Below, piece after piece: positions 15,263 to 28,130 of a DNA stretch of 64,000 nt (position 1 is the stretch's first letter; each line of letters starts with the position of its first letter). The translations under genes were made by a program, and so were the position numbers. Source of the DNA: Octopus sinensis (taxonomy: Eukaryota); the NCBI RefSeq assembly GCF_006345805.1, contig NC_043003.1:35588001-35652000 (forward strand), given 5' to 3'. Under the pieces are notes generated by a model. It saw only the letters and a list, made by a program, of their open reading frames with translations. It was not told where the DNA came from and searched no databases.

Positions 15263-15489
15263 GCCACTCGATTGTGTACACGCCACATTGTATGGGCCAA
15301 AAACCTGCCCTTATTGTATGAGCTCCATGAGAGTGATTAACTTCAGATGGAAAGCTCGGACGTTGTGATTCCGGTTCGAATTTAAGGCAGGTTTGAAATT
15401 CTTCCCAACAGTTATTAGTTGTAGTGGTAGTGTTGATGCCGAATATGTACGTATGCATGTATATATATGTATGTATGCCTGTATATATG

Positions 15490-15628
15490 TACAAAATCAA
15501 CTGAGAAGGCTTTTGTTGTTCTGAGGCTACAGCAGAAGACACATGCCAAGTCCCCACACAGTGGGACTGAACCCAGGACCATTTGTTTGGAACGTAGTTT
15601 GTTACCACACAGCCACACCTGCCCCTAT
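15490..15628 (-). mobile_element. SINE family A, 5' head only, diverged
   Basis: Reverse complement of the family A head (ttaccacacagccacacctg; gtgggactgaaccc). Confidence 0.75.
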
Positions 15629-16249
15629 GTATGTGTGTGTGTGCGTATGTGTAGATATATTATGCATATATATATATGTGTATATATATATGTGTACGTA
15701 TTACATGTACATCTATATATATACATCTACCCATAAAATACAAAGTTACATCTTGATATCGCTAGTGATAATAATACTCAAAATATATAACAGACTGAAA
15801 TTGTAGGCCCGTCTCTTGCAATTTCGATCAGTTGGATCTTGTCCTCCCTCTTGTATAGAAGTGTACGGCTGCAGCGAAATTCATTTTTGGACTTTCTTCT
15901 ATCGAAGGCATTTTAACAAAAATGCATCCGTAAAGACGGTGAAAATATTGTCAATTTCCCCAAACAGGGACACAATTCAATTTTTAAACAATAACCAAAG
16001 CCCCTTCTCCGAAAGAGGAAGGTTACGGTTTACAATTATTTAACAAATGCAACACAACAACGTTTCCCTGACGAGGAAACAACAAACGTGATTACAATAG
16101 TAAAACTAATGATAATAACAACAAACCTTTTTAATTTATCCCCATTTATGTGAAACCACTTATTCAAGTTCAAGTCATTGATGCAATTTTATACGAATTG
16201 CTAATACACACACACACAGACACACAGACATACACATGTTGAGGGTGAA

Positions 16250-16655
16250 AAATTGAATATTAATTTGATTAATATGAATTGAAAACCAGTGGTGTAGCAT
16301 ATAATACCATAGCGGATCTTCTTCTAGCAAAACGGATGACCATTGTTAATGGTTCATCCCTGTTATATAATACTTTCACTTTAATAGTTTCAGTATTAAA
16401 GTGAAAGTGTCTGCATTACAAAAGAGAGATGTTTTTGTTTCACTTTTAACACGTAATACTGAAATAGTGGAGAAGATATGATATTGCTGTGAGGTCGCCC
16501 TAGGGAAAAAGTTAAGATTTTTTGCCGATGACACTCCCCGGACCTTAAGTAAGGCATGTGTAAAATTTGAATGAAATTGGTTATGTAGTTCTCAAGTTTT
16601 AGGGAAACACACAGACAGACAGGCAGACACACATTCTCAGTTTTATATATATTTA
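16250..16655 (-). mobile_element. Non-autonomous Helitron-like 5' terminal region with internal hairpins
   Basis: Minus strand starts TATATATAAAACTGAGAATGTGTGTCTGCCTGTCTGTCTG...CCAATTTCATTCAAATTT, typical of non-autonomous Helitron 5' ends; 3' end not identified. Confidence 0.5.
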
Positions 16656-16741
16656 TATATATACCTACTATAAGGTGAGCAAAAGTGCACGTACACCACT
16701 TTGTCTCGTTTATGAATTCGCCATTTGTTGCCTTTTTTTTT

Positions 16742-17272
16742 TTATTTCTTCCAAAGTTTCTGATAGTTCACGCATGATGTTCCGCAACATTTCTTTGTTT
16801 CCGCTTCTGCTTTTAGCGCTGCTATTATGGTGTCCTTCAACGGTTCGTTATTTTTCGGAATTAACCTTGACAAACCATCGGCATGCACCAACGTTTTTGA
16901 AGGTACACGTTCCATTCTATAATTGTAGTTTAATAGAATGGTACCCCACCACTGCAGTCTCTTTGCCGTATGTGTTGGATTTCCGTTCCTGAATCCGTAT
17001 ATTGTTATTAGATGTCTCTGGTCCCCTTGCAACCAAAAACGTCTGCCGCGAATGAACCAGTGGAACTTTTTCCCGTCAAATATAATAGCCAACACCTCTT
17101 TTTCAATCTGGCTATATCTCTTTTCCGCCGGCAATAATATCATTGATGTGTGAGCTATGGCCTTTCTCCTGCCATCGTTATCTTTGTGTAAGAGCACGGC
17201 TCCTATCCCATGCTCACTAGCATCTGTAGCTAGTAATATCTCTATCTTTTTGTCGACCTGCGTAAGATACAA
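16742..17272 (-). pseudogene. pol: Gypsy pol, RNase H domain
   Basis: LATDASEHGIGAVL, YSQIEKEVLAIIF, ADGLSR motifs. Confidence 0.92.
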
Positions 17273-17399
17273 ATCTGAAGTTAACTCATCTTTTAACTCG
17301 TTAAATGCTTTCTGGCATTGCTCTCTCCAAACCCATTTCGCATTTTTTTTAGTAATTCATTAAGTGGTACCTTTACCTCATATATATTTGGGATATACA

Positions 17400-18118
17400 C
17401 TTGGCAATAATTTACCAAGCCTATGAATGCTTGTAGCGTTGTCATCTTCGTCGGGGCCGGCATATTTCGTATTGCTGTCGCTCTTGACGGGACCGGTCTG
17501 CGTCCACTTTACCTAGGTATCGTATTTTTTCCATCTAAAATTCGCATTTTTTTCTGTCAGTTTCTGTCAGTTTTCTGTATTCATTTATTCTCTCGAAAAC
17601 TGTTTTAATGTGTTGGACGTGTTGCAACCTGAGACCCGCCCTTTATTAAAATGTCATCAAGGTATACGATGGCGAAGTCGCAGTCAGTTAACATCGCATC
17701 CATTATTTGTTGGAATATGGCGGGTGCCACTTTTATTCCAAACGGCAGTCGTTTGAACTTGTACAATCTAAGGTGCATGTTGATTGTTAGTAGATGTGTA
17801 CAATCTTTATTTGATTGAATTTGAAGGTACGCCTCTGACAGGTCTAACTTCGAGAAAACTTTTCCTCCGTTTAGTTTAGCAAATATTTCTTCTGGACTTC
17901 GTGGTGGGTAATTGCGTGTGATAGAAAAGTCTGCGCGCACTCTCAGCTTATTATTATTATTGTTTTTTTTACGTAGACCGCCGGTGCTGACTAGTCTGCA
18001 TGGTCAATCATTTCAATTATATTCAGGCTTTCTATCTTTTCTAGTTCTTTATTGACATGGTCTACCACTGCACACGGCACGTTCCTTTTGGGTCTGAAAA
18101 TAGGTGTTGAATTTTTTT
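17400..18118 (-). pseudogene. pol: Gypsy pol, reverse transcriptase domain (frameshifted)
   Basis: PIFRPKRNVP, RADFS, FSKLDLSEAYLQI, RLPFGIKVAPAIFQ, VYLDDILI. Confidence 0.92.
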
Positions 18119-18124
18119 CATTTA

Positions 18125-18285
18125 TTTGTTTCAGTCTTTTCACTGCGGCCATGCTTGAGCACCGCCTTTAGTCGAAAAAATTGATCCCAGAACTTATTCT
18201 TTGTAAGCCTAGTACTTATTCTATCGTTCTCTTTTGCTGAACCGCTAATGTTGCGGGGACTTAAACACACCAAAATCGTTGATAG
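18125..18285 (-). mobile_element. 5'-truncated SINE family A tail nested in Gypsy pol
   Basis: Reverse complement of the family A tail interrupts KTKAT|ENSTPIFRPKR. Confidence 0.85.
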
Positions 18286-18699
18286 CAATCGTTGCTTTTG
18301 TTTTTGTGCAACAACCTAAAACCTCCGAAAAAACGTTTGAGAAAGCTTCTTTCATTTTTTTGTCTCTGTTCATCGATCTCGTTCGATCGTTTGATTGCTC
18401 CGTTTACGTTATTGCACAAAACGCTTATGGGTTTATCTCATAAATTAAATTTCTCCATACATTCGATGGCAAATAAATTTATGGATTCTTTTCAACACAA
18501 AAACATTCATTTTATTCGTTCGACCAACATTATATTACAAATGAGTTCGCCCGTGAAATATAATTTTCTACCCATAACACCATGCGCTATTTTGTTTGGA
18601 CTACATAATTTTGGTTTACTCATCTTTTCCCGTGTCTAATTGCATTACGACACTAGTGGTTTCAATTCTCACATTCACGAATTTTCTGTTTTTTGTAGT

Positions 18700-19584
18700 C
18701 AAAATTTTTCCTGCTGACCAACTATCTATTTTTTCTTGCTTGGTCCTACCATTCTAGTTTTGCAGTGCGATTTTATGTGTCCTCTAAACCTGCAGCGAAA
18801 GTACCTTGCTTTGTCATACGGACAATCTATTTTCAGATGCATCATACCACATGCCATACATGGGTCTACTTTTCCTGCAACACTTTATTTGTCTTCCGAC
18901 GTTTTTCACTGCTCTTATATGAAAATACCATTTACGTCGAATTTCTTCCGTGTCATGCCTTGATTTTAATATCATGTCACACTCTTCCGACAGTTTCTGC
19001 AGTGTCAAATACTGGTTCATTTCCAGTTTTGCAAGAATTTTCCTTCGGATTTCTGCATACTTTTTATGACAATCCTTGTGCGAAAATCAAACATCTGAAA
19101 GAATCTGGAGTAAGCATATCCAGCCTCAATCTCTCACATTCTTTGTTGACTCTGCCTATAAAGTAGTGAAATCTTCATCTTCGCCCTTTTCTATCTGGCA
19201 TTAAACAGTTAGCTCTTTTCACTAAACATTGTGTCAGTGAAATTCAACAGACTCTCCTTTTTTGGCAATATACTCTACTGTCGCTAGTTTTCTTAAAATG
19301 AGACGCGTTTTCATTTCGTCCGTCCAGTCCTGACATTCTTTTTCAAAACTTTTTTTAAATCTTCGAAAGCAAGCCTCGACAGTTACTCATTCTTCGGGGT
19401 CACATTTGAATGCGCTTATGGAATTTGTTACATGGTCAGGCGAAAATGTATTCTCAGGTTTTGTTATCAACTCCATTAGGTGTAACATTTGCTGCTGCAA
19501 TACTTGTTGTTGTTCTCGTTGGTCCTTAAATTGTTGTTGCTGCTGTTTTTGAGAATCAATTACTCCAGCTAACAAGTCTTCCAT
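18700..19584 (-). pseudogene. gag: Gypsy gag remnant (Q-rich N-terminus, decayed zinc-knuckle region)
   Basis: MEDLLAGVIDSQKQQQQ...FSPDHVTNSISAFKCDPEE just downstream of the PBS, followed by a WTDEMKTRLILRKL-like segment. Confidence 0.7.
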
Positions 19585-19713
19585 ATTCTACGATATTCGT
19601 AAGTTTGCACAAGATTTTTGCTTCTTTGTTGTCAAGTTATTTAATTTTCCACGTGAATTTGTTTAAACTCTCAGTCTGAATGTTTTATTTTCAATCCTTG
19701 TAAATTGGCTTTC

Positions 19714-19724
19714 CCTCGTCGCTA
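19714..19724 (-). promoter_or_regulatory. Primer-binding site of the Gypsy element
   Basis: TAGCGACGAGG (variant of TGGCGACGAGG) 1 nt inside the LTR end. Confidence 0.7.
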
Positions 19725-19725
19725 C

Positions 19726-20018
19726 TGTTGTAAAATAGGTTCCTCCTATTGGTGTGGTGATGTGTGACAGTGCCTATGTACTGTAGTTGCTGTTTTACGC
19801 TGGTGGCCACGATATTTACTAGTCATCGGATACCGTTGTATCACTTCGTACGAGAACAGTTATACACTAACTTCTGTCTTACTATCGCTGATAGAACGGT
19901 TGACTTTCTACTCTCTTCGACTTTCGCTCCTCTCTTGATGAGCGGCTACTGGTGTATTTATCATGGCTGAATCCTATCACTTTTTACCGGGGGAAGTATA
20001 TAGTTTCACTATACAACA
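19726..20018 (-). repeat. 5' LTR, 293 bp
   Basis: Perfect 7-bp inverted termini TGTTGTA...TACAACA, abutting the PBS. Confidence 0.75.
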
Positions 20019-21519
20019 CAGGCAGAACAAATTTTCACAAGTAATGTATTACTATATCATTACAATGTGACGTCGAAGGACCTCATTATTTTGGCTGTTA
20101 GTCTTCACCAGAAAAGAAAGAAAAACTATATTATGAAAGGAATGAGAAAGATATATACGTGGGAAAAGGTTAAAAACCAAGTGGTAATACTGTTCTTCCG
20201 TGGGACTTATAAATAGAAGAAAGGGTTGGTTGTGAACATAAAAATGTAAGAGTGTGTCTTAGAAAGCGGGCTTAAGGACGATTAGCATGTGTTAGTGTAA
20301 TGGATGTATGAGACCAGAGGTGTGTATTTGCGAAAGTATAGTGGAATTGTTTAGAGAAGGATTCGAGTGTGCATTTGTTCGTGAATTCGCTGGGTGGGTT
20401 ACGTAAACGTGTGCATGAGGAGAATCGGTAGTGTGCGTGTAAAGCAATAAAGGCAATCATGTACACTGGTTACCTGAACAAAATTAAAAGAGCTGTTGAC
20501 ATGTTTGCAAATCTGTAACAAAAGCATGAAAGAGTGTGCCAATGCTTAGAAGGAGAGAGAGTAGTTTTCAACAAAAATCTGAAAATGACAGAAAACTGAA
20601 TGAATTATGTGAAGAGAAGGAAAATCGAAGAAATAAGTCAAAATTACATACCATATGCAAAAGGTGTGGAGGTTTTGGCACAGTATCCATTTGGTACTAA
20701 GAGAATGGTAAAACCCTCCGTGAAAAAGATGTAACAGTGATGATGTAACATCCCCGGAAAAGATAAAACTGTGATGAATCAACTCACATCAAAAGGCACA
20801 GAAGAGAAAAACGAATAGTAAGAGGAGAAAAGGAGCAAGAAACGTATAATTTGGTGGGAATGGTGAGAGAAGATCCAACGAGAGTGACCAGTGGAAGGGG
20901 CAATAAATGTGGACTGCAAATCTTTCGTGAGTGTGAAAAGTAGATGAGTGTAGTGGTGGCTCCAATAATGTGTGTGTGGTGCGTCGACTGGATTGTGTGC
21001 GTATGTGCGCACATGCACATAAAAGTTAAAAGGGGAGGCCATATGCATGGAAGTGTCAGCAGTTGCATGTATACATGGGTACGTGAATTGAGTGAGTGGG
21101 TACGTGAATTGAGTGAGTATGAGTTTATGTTTGTCTGCATTTTAAGAAATACATCGAGTCAGAATTTAAGAGTAGACCAACTGACCCTTAGTAAAACACC
21201 AAGATCTGGTTCACGTCTGCTTGACATGGAATTATTGTAAAGTTGGTTACGTCCCTGGTGATTTTTTCCTTTCCTTCTTCTTTACAAGCGTATCCAAGCG
21301 TTATCTGCTCAAAAGACAACTGACAAACGATCTTGTTTTCAGCTTGAAAAATGGCGAAATAAGTTATTCTTTTGACCAGGAAACCCTGAGTAGCTGTATT
21401 TACAAGATTTGTGAATTTTTATTATAAGATATATATATGTATATACATATACACATATATACGTATGTATGTATGCATACTAAGAACCTTAGATCGCAAA
21501 ATCTCATTCACTTCTGAAG

Positions 21520-21720
21520 AATATTCTTTTATTCTTTCATTTTTTTCAGTCATTTGCCAGCGGCCCTGCTGGAGAACCGCCTTTAGTCGAACAAATCCAC
21601 TAACAAGATTTTGGTCGGCCCGAGGCTATAGCAGAAGACAAGGTGCCACGCAGTGAAACTGAACCCGGAACCATGTACTTGGGAAGCAAGCTTCTTACCA
21701 CACGCCCACTCTTGCGCCTG
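21520..21720 (-). mobile_element. SINE family A with central deletion
   Basis: Reverse-complement head and tail joined directly. Confidence 0.8.
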
Positions 21721-22429
21721 CTTGATAGTTTGCTTCCTGTACAACAACACAGCATAACAGCAGTGATTCTTTATTCTCTTGCTTATGAAGTTCGAGAATG
21801 AACACACTGGATGCTTACTTACAACTCGGATTCTCCTCTCTTTTATCTCCAATATAAGAGTAGGAACTTTCAGAATGTATTTCCATTTATGAAGAATAAA
21901 TACGAACACCCGTTTTCTTGATATTCTTGTTTTTCTGCTTAATAGTAAGTATACATATACATGTGTATACATACACACACACGCACACACACACACACAC
22001 ATATAAATATATATATATATATTATATATATATATATGTGTGTGTGTGTATATTTGTATGTATGTAATACCCACTGCTGTATAACTATTGATGGTTGGAT
22101 GCCATTAACTATCACCTGTCCATCTGTCAATTTATTACGCTTTCATTAAATCGACCGGTAACTTGCCTGTAGCCACATTTCATTGCCTGGAATACGTATC
22201 CCTTTGTCGTTCGAATTTACGTATTTAGGACGGTTTGAGCGTTAATTGTCAGTAACTATTATACGACTTTTGACTTATTTTTACACATTAAATATATATG
22301 TGTATATATAATATATATATATATTATATATATATATATAAATATATATACATGCACATGCATACAGATATATACACAGAACCTCCTACGCAAGCACGTG
22401 TGTGTGCGTGCGTGCGATTGTGTGTATGT

Positions 22430-22466
<37 letters not shown>

Positions 22467-22468
<2 letters not shown>

Positions 22469-23085
22469 TAGAAATATACCAGGAAGAAATAGATATATAA
22501 AATGACAGACAGATCAGCGAAATGTCTTTAAAATAAGAAATGTTTACCTAAATTTCAAACCCGAATGAAGGAAGAACGTGTCAAAAACATGTTAGATTTC
22601 TAGTAAATTATTAACGACTTGCACAGCGGGATAACAGTCCAGCGAAAATATATTGTATTATTTCAATTCTAGAATAATTGTGTGGAGTTTAGCAATTGCT
22701 TCTTGTTTTAAATGCATGGTGGAGCGACGTAAGCGTGATGTGCTTGTCTGGACAATGTAAGTAACAATCTTCTGGTTTGTTACTTTCGTATTTACTGCTA
22801 AATTGGTAAATTACAATGATCCTTTGTAGCTTCATATGGGGATTACATAATTGTGGTGTGTTACTGAAGGGATGATTTTCCACTTAAGGAAAATAAAATA
22901 TCAATGTCAGTTTATGATTTTTCATATGATTTTTCATATGAACGGCAGATGTCTTTGCTCTTATAAAAATATGTGAAAAAAAAATCTGATAAATTTTTGA
23001 ATAGGAAATTATATATTCAATATACCATGACGAAGAGGAAACCTATTCCTGCACGTACACACACACACACACACATGTATATATA

Positions 23086-23141
<56 letters not shown>

Positions 23142-23765
23142 TGTGTGTGTGTGTGTGTCTAGAAATATACCAGGAAGAAATAGATATATAAAATGACAGA
23201 CAGATCAGCGAAATGTCTTTAAAATAAGAAATGTTTACCTAAATTTCAAACCCGAATGAAGGAAGAACGTGTCAAAAACATGTTAGATTTCTAGTAAATT
23301 ATTAACGACTTGCACAGCGGGATAACAGTCCAGCGAAAATATATTGTATTATTTCAATTCTAGAATAATTGTGTGGAGTTTAGCAATTGCTTCTTGTTTT
23401 AAATGCATGGTGGAGCGACGTAAGCGTGATGTGCTTGTCTGGACAATGTAAGTAACAATCTTCTGGTTTGTTACTTTCGTATTTACTGCTAAATTGGTAA
23501 ATTACAATGATCCTTTGTAGCTTCATATGGGGATTACATAATTGTGGTGTGTTACTGAAGGGATGATTTTCCACTTAAGGAAAATAAAATATCAATGTCA
23601 GTTTATGATTTTTCATATGATTTTTCATATGAACGGCAGATGTCTTTGCTCTTATAAAAATATGTGAAAAAAAAATCTGATAAATTTTTGAATAGGAAAT
23701 TATATATTCAATATACCATGACGAAGAGGAAACCTATTCCTGCACGTACACACACACACACACAC

Positions 23766-23845
<80 letters not shown>
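22467..23845. repeat. Tandem duplication with a 691-bp period; unique parts appear identical
   Basis: tctagaaatatacc at 22467 and 23158; identical ORFs offset by 691; units separated by (TA)n(TG)n. Confidence 0.95.
22673..22756 (+). CDS. Possible 84-nt symmetric (phase 2-2) exon, IIVWSLAIASCFKCMVERRKRDVLVWT; duplicated at 23364-23447; product unknown
   Basis: Acceptor ttatttcaattctAG, donor GTAAGT, one open frame; no recognisable homology and could be chance. Confidence 0.22.
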
Positions 23846-23847
<2 letters not shown>

Positions 23848-23869
23848 ACAAGAGTAAACAAGAGAGACA

Positions 23870-24510
23870 GACAGATATTTGAATGTGCGGAGACCGGATT
23901 GATTCTCTCTTTGATTTGCTTTCCGTTCGTAGAAGGGTTTTACCAACAGGTCAAGCGAATGGGTCCCAACTACGCGAACCTGTTTGTCGGCCATGTTCCG
24001 ACCAGTTATAGTCATCACCGGTCCCGCTCCTGAGTTTGAATTCGGTACATCGACAGCTGTATCGTTGTGACTTCACACAAAGGCAAACAATTCTCCGCCT
24101 TTCTCCCTTTAATTCAGTCATTCCACCCCGCCTTTAAATTTTACAGCTGTGTTGCAAATATCTCTGTTAAATTACCCAATATTTGCATTGCCATCCTCTA
24201 TTATCACCTCCATGTACTACAAACCTTCAGACTCCCACTGCTGCCTCAAATTCTCTTTTTAATACCCTACCAGCACCAAACTGTTTCATTCCATACTCTC
24301 AGTTCTTCTGACTCCGTCGTCTATGTAGTGTAAACCAAATTAGGGAATCTGATATTCTGCGTCTTCTGTCTTCTTGTAACTCCTCGCGATTCGGAGAAAC
24401 AAGTCGACAACTGGCTGACATTTTTTGCAGAGCACTTTCAGGACATTGAGATCGAAATTTTTGTTTCTTCAGATTCTGTCTTTAGCGGATCACACTCGGC
24501 CGTAATTGAA
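23870..24510 (+). mobile_element. Penelope-like retroelement remnant (RT core, thumb and partial GIY-YIG)
   Basis: FYQQVK..MGPNYANLFVGH, YIDSCIV, HPAFKF, YYKPSDSH, IPYSQF.RLRRLCS and GETSRQLADIFAEH motifs across frameshifts. Confidence 0.85.
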
Positions 24511-24705
24511 ACTAAGTATTTCTTTATATTCTTTTAAAGCAAAGATAATTTCAATGAAGATGAAATTTGAATTGTATAACATTTAGTATAACTGTCATCC
24601 TCTTTGTTATCCTAATTCATGTCATTGGTCCATTCTACAGAATTTCTCTTCACTATTTTTTAATTTTAATTTCGTTAATATATATATATATTATATATAT
24701 ATATA

Positions 24706-24785
<80 letters not shown>

Positions 24786-27002
24786 ATATACTCGTGTATA
24801 ATCACATAAAATCTTCAAGCTATTATTTCGATTATTATAGTAATTATTGCGCTTTATCTCAGAACTACATAATCGCAGTTCGGTAATCATTCGTTAACGG
24901 TATAAGCATATATACAGGGAATAGAATGTTTCTTTAATGAAAATGATATTCGCTCTTTTCCAATCCACCGTCTGATTATAACTCATACGCGCTATCCTGA
25001 AATCAGTGTTGTACCTGCTAGAAATTTGAACTAAACTTTCCCAAATCGTTTCCTACTTGAAAAAGAAAGAAAGGATACATTTGAGAGTTAAACAGATAGA
25101 CTGATAGAGATATATAGACAGACACAGACAGACATTTAGAGACACAGAGAGACATTAAGACAGACAGAGAGACGGAAAGACAGACAGATAGGAAAAGAGA
25201 CATAAAAACAGGTAGATAGATAAATAAATAGATAGATAGATAGATATATAGATAGATAGATAACGAGAGATTGGGAGATAGAAGAAAGGAGGAGGAGAGA
25301 GGGCAAAAAAACTAAGAGAATGGGCTGATATTCATGTACTAGTGATGCTACAGATGCATGTACATACATTTGCCTTCTAAGAGGGTATGATATTCCTTTA
25401 TCGTTTATATGTGTTACCAACGTGTTGAAGACTCGTGCGCCTTCCAGTGTGAATTGGAGGCATGTATGTGTGTGATAATATGTGTTATTTCAATGACTTC
25501 TATTTGCATCATTTATGCCATACGCAGATACACTGTCAAGTACACGTGTACACATATAGATGCATGCATGCAAACACATAAATAGATGTTTGCATAGAAG
25601 CATAAATATACACGGGAAAACCCATGCATAAAGTTTCAAATCCACGGAAGAGTATATTATGTGTATAAAACACATATGTGCATACTCTCACCCTTACTTG
25701 TTTGTTTGTGTATGTGCGTGTTAGTCCGTGAGTATGTATGTGTCTTTGTGTGTCTATGAATATATATTGGGCTGCTCAATAGTTAGGATTTAGAGCGTAG
25801 ATATTGATTGCAAGTGTCAACACCTGCTCACTGTGATGTATTTAGTGTTCTGTCATGCAGCCTGTAAATACATCATGAAGATTCACAGACAAATATCTAT
25901 GTGCAAACATACATGCACGCATTTGTATTGTTAACGTGTGTTTATTATGTGAAGATCATAAGCCATAATTTCAGGGTAATAGTATTATCTGCTCCACATT
26001 GTGATCATTACCAATAGTTTTACGATTAACTACAGCACACATAGACCGGTCTGCTTTATTGCAGAAGCTACTGAGTCATCAGGTGGTTTACACTTCTCTA
26101 CTTGACCCGAACGCATATTGAAGATGTCTTTGCGTAATTCTCATTAATGGCTGACGAAATACACATATTTCTGAATTCAACTGATTTGATTGCCGTTGCG
26201 TGCAAATTTAACATTTTGCAAATATACTTTATATGTGATGTAGGTCATGGTGTGTAAGTGATGGATAATAGGGTAGCTACATTCAATTAGAATACAGCAG
26301 GATCCAACAAAAACAACTAAAGCCCCAATAACTATATAAATAAGTATATGTGTACAAAAGACAAAATTTTGCTAGCGACAAAAGTGACATTGCCATCCTA
26401 TCAGCTAGAAATAACACCCACTTCATCTTCAAATTATTCATTCACATTAGATAATGTAGGTTAGGGTAGAGCATAGCTGATGAGAAAAGACGAGGTGATC
26501 ACCCTGGATGGGTTGACCTGCGGCTAATCGAAGACAAAACCAATAGCGAAGAAAACTATATGTAGACAATTTTCGGTTTGCTGTATCCATGGGAAGCACA
26601 TATTTCAGCGAAAGAAAACAGCGCCTATACATCGCAACAACCTAACAAAAGACAACAGTACCCAGATTATTTTCTTCGATTCTCCAACAGTCCCTACTTT
26701 ATAGATTAGATTTCGAGAAAGAGGCTGTGCTAAATCCTTTGGTGAGATCAATGTCTTTATTATTCCTTTTCAACTATTACAAGTGTGGATTTATGTAAAA
26801 AGAAAAGAAAATGATGAGAAAGAAATTTCCAGGGGCCATAGTACAGTGGAGGATTGATCGCACTCAGTGATTAAGGTGACATTTAGAGTGTGAAAAGAAA
26901 TTGGGAGACGAGCTTAACATGTTAATATAACAGCGTGCATCGATCATTATCCATACATATATACACACATGCATATATATATGTATATATATATATATAT
27001 AT

Positions 27003-27048
<46 letters not shown>

Positions 27049-27084
27049 GTACGCAGACACACACACATACACATATATATACAT

Positions 27085-27162
<78 letters not shown>

Positions 27163-27164
<2 letters not shown>

Positions 27165-27961
27165 GCGGTGAATAAACTGATCTCTAAGTTACACTGGCAT
27201 CTCATTTTAACAGATATATTTACCAAAATTACATTAAAATATCTTGAAGCCATTGGCTTCAACCACGGCCTTCAGACGACTTCGGAATCGCCTGCAACAT
27301 TTCTGGACGGTCTTTTTGTTTAAGTTGGTGAATATTGCCATAATCCTTGCCTTCTGTTCATCTTTGGTGTTACACAAAGTTTTGTTGGTCACTCGCTCGA
27401 CTTCGCCCTACACATACTAATCAAGAGGGTTGCAGTCTGGGGAGGTAGGTGGCCAGCTGTTAGAAGTGATGTGGTCGCAGAAATTGTCTGACAGCCATGA
27501 CTATGTTCTCCTGCTTGTGTGACATGGTGCAGAGTCCTGTTGCCAGACATAGGGTGTCTTCCAGCAGCAACCGACTTGACCCAGAGCAGCACTACCTCTT
27601 CCAGACACTTAATGTAGACCTCAGTGTTGAGCTTGAGGCGGTGTGGGAAGATGAATGAAGGTATAACTTCACCATCACTAGTTATCACTCCAAATACCAA
27701 GCTGTTGACAGGATTTTTATTTTGATCACTCTCGGTACAGTCTTCAAATTGCACTGTCCTCAGATTGACACCGAAACACGGTGAAATGTTCGTATTAACG
27801 ATTCCAACTTTCTCACTGAGTGAATGGCGGCATGGTGCTGTGTTTCTCGCATACGGTGCCCAAGTGACCCGACTATACTATGTAGTCGACAAAATCAAAT
27901 ACAAACAAATCGCATGCGCGAAATTAGTAAAATAAAATGGCGATAATTTGCACATCGCAAC

Positions 27962-27965
<4 letters not shown>
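27163..27965 (-). mobile_element. maT/mariner-like DD37D DNA transposon, internally deleted, both ends present
   Basis: VFGVITSDG, QQDSAP, SPDCNPLD; 37 codons counted between the second and third Asp; ends match the copy at 53745-54150. Confidence 0.88.
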
Positions 27966-28012
<47 letters not shown>

Positions 28013-28030
28013 ATATATATATGTATATAT

Positions 28031-28125
28031 ATATACTATGTAGTCGACAAAATCAAATACAAACAAATCGCATGCGCGAAATTAGTAAAATAAAATGGCG
28101 ATAATTTACACATCGCACCTCATAT
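28031..28125 (-). repeat. Duplicate of the maT element 5' end (copy of about 27874-27965)
   Basis: Near-identical roughly 92 bp separated by a (TA)n tract. Confidence 0.9.
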
Positions 28126-28130
28126 ATATA

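Larger units (their letters stand above)
16700..20018 (-). mobile_element. Ty3/Gypsy LTR retrotransposon (Mag/K02A2.6-like), decayed and 3'-truncated (no integrase or 3' LTR)
   Basis: LTR, PBS, gag, RT and RNase H in the correct order, with many frameshifts and stops. Confidence 0.92.

Noticed and set aside
16055-16080. CTGACGA followed by GGAAAC
   Set aside because: No room for stem II; the heptamer is the loop of a short GTTTCC/GGAAAC stem.
20520-20700. ICKRCGGFG zinc-knuckle-like peptide
   Set aside because: Incomplete CCHC with no adjoining domains; at most an unclassifiable TE relic.
21820-21935. Minus-strand AG...GTAAGT-bounded open segment
   Set aside because: AT-rich, non-protein-like composition, and a competing plus-strand donor.
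26465-26710. Long frame with one stop (DEKRRGDHPGWVDLRLIED...)
   Set aside because: No family motif recognised and no convincing splice sites.
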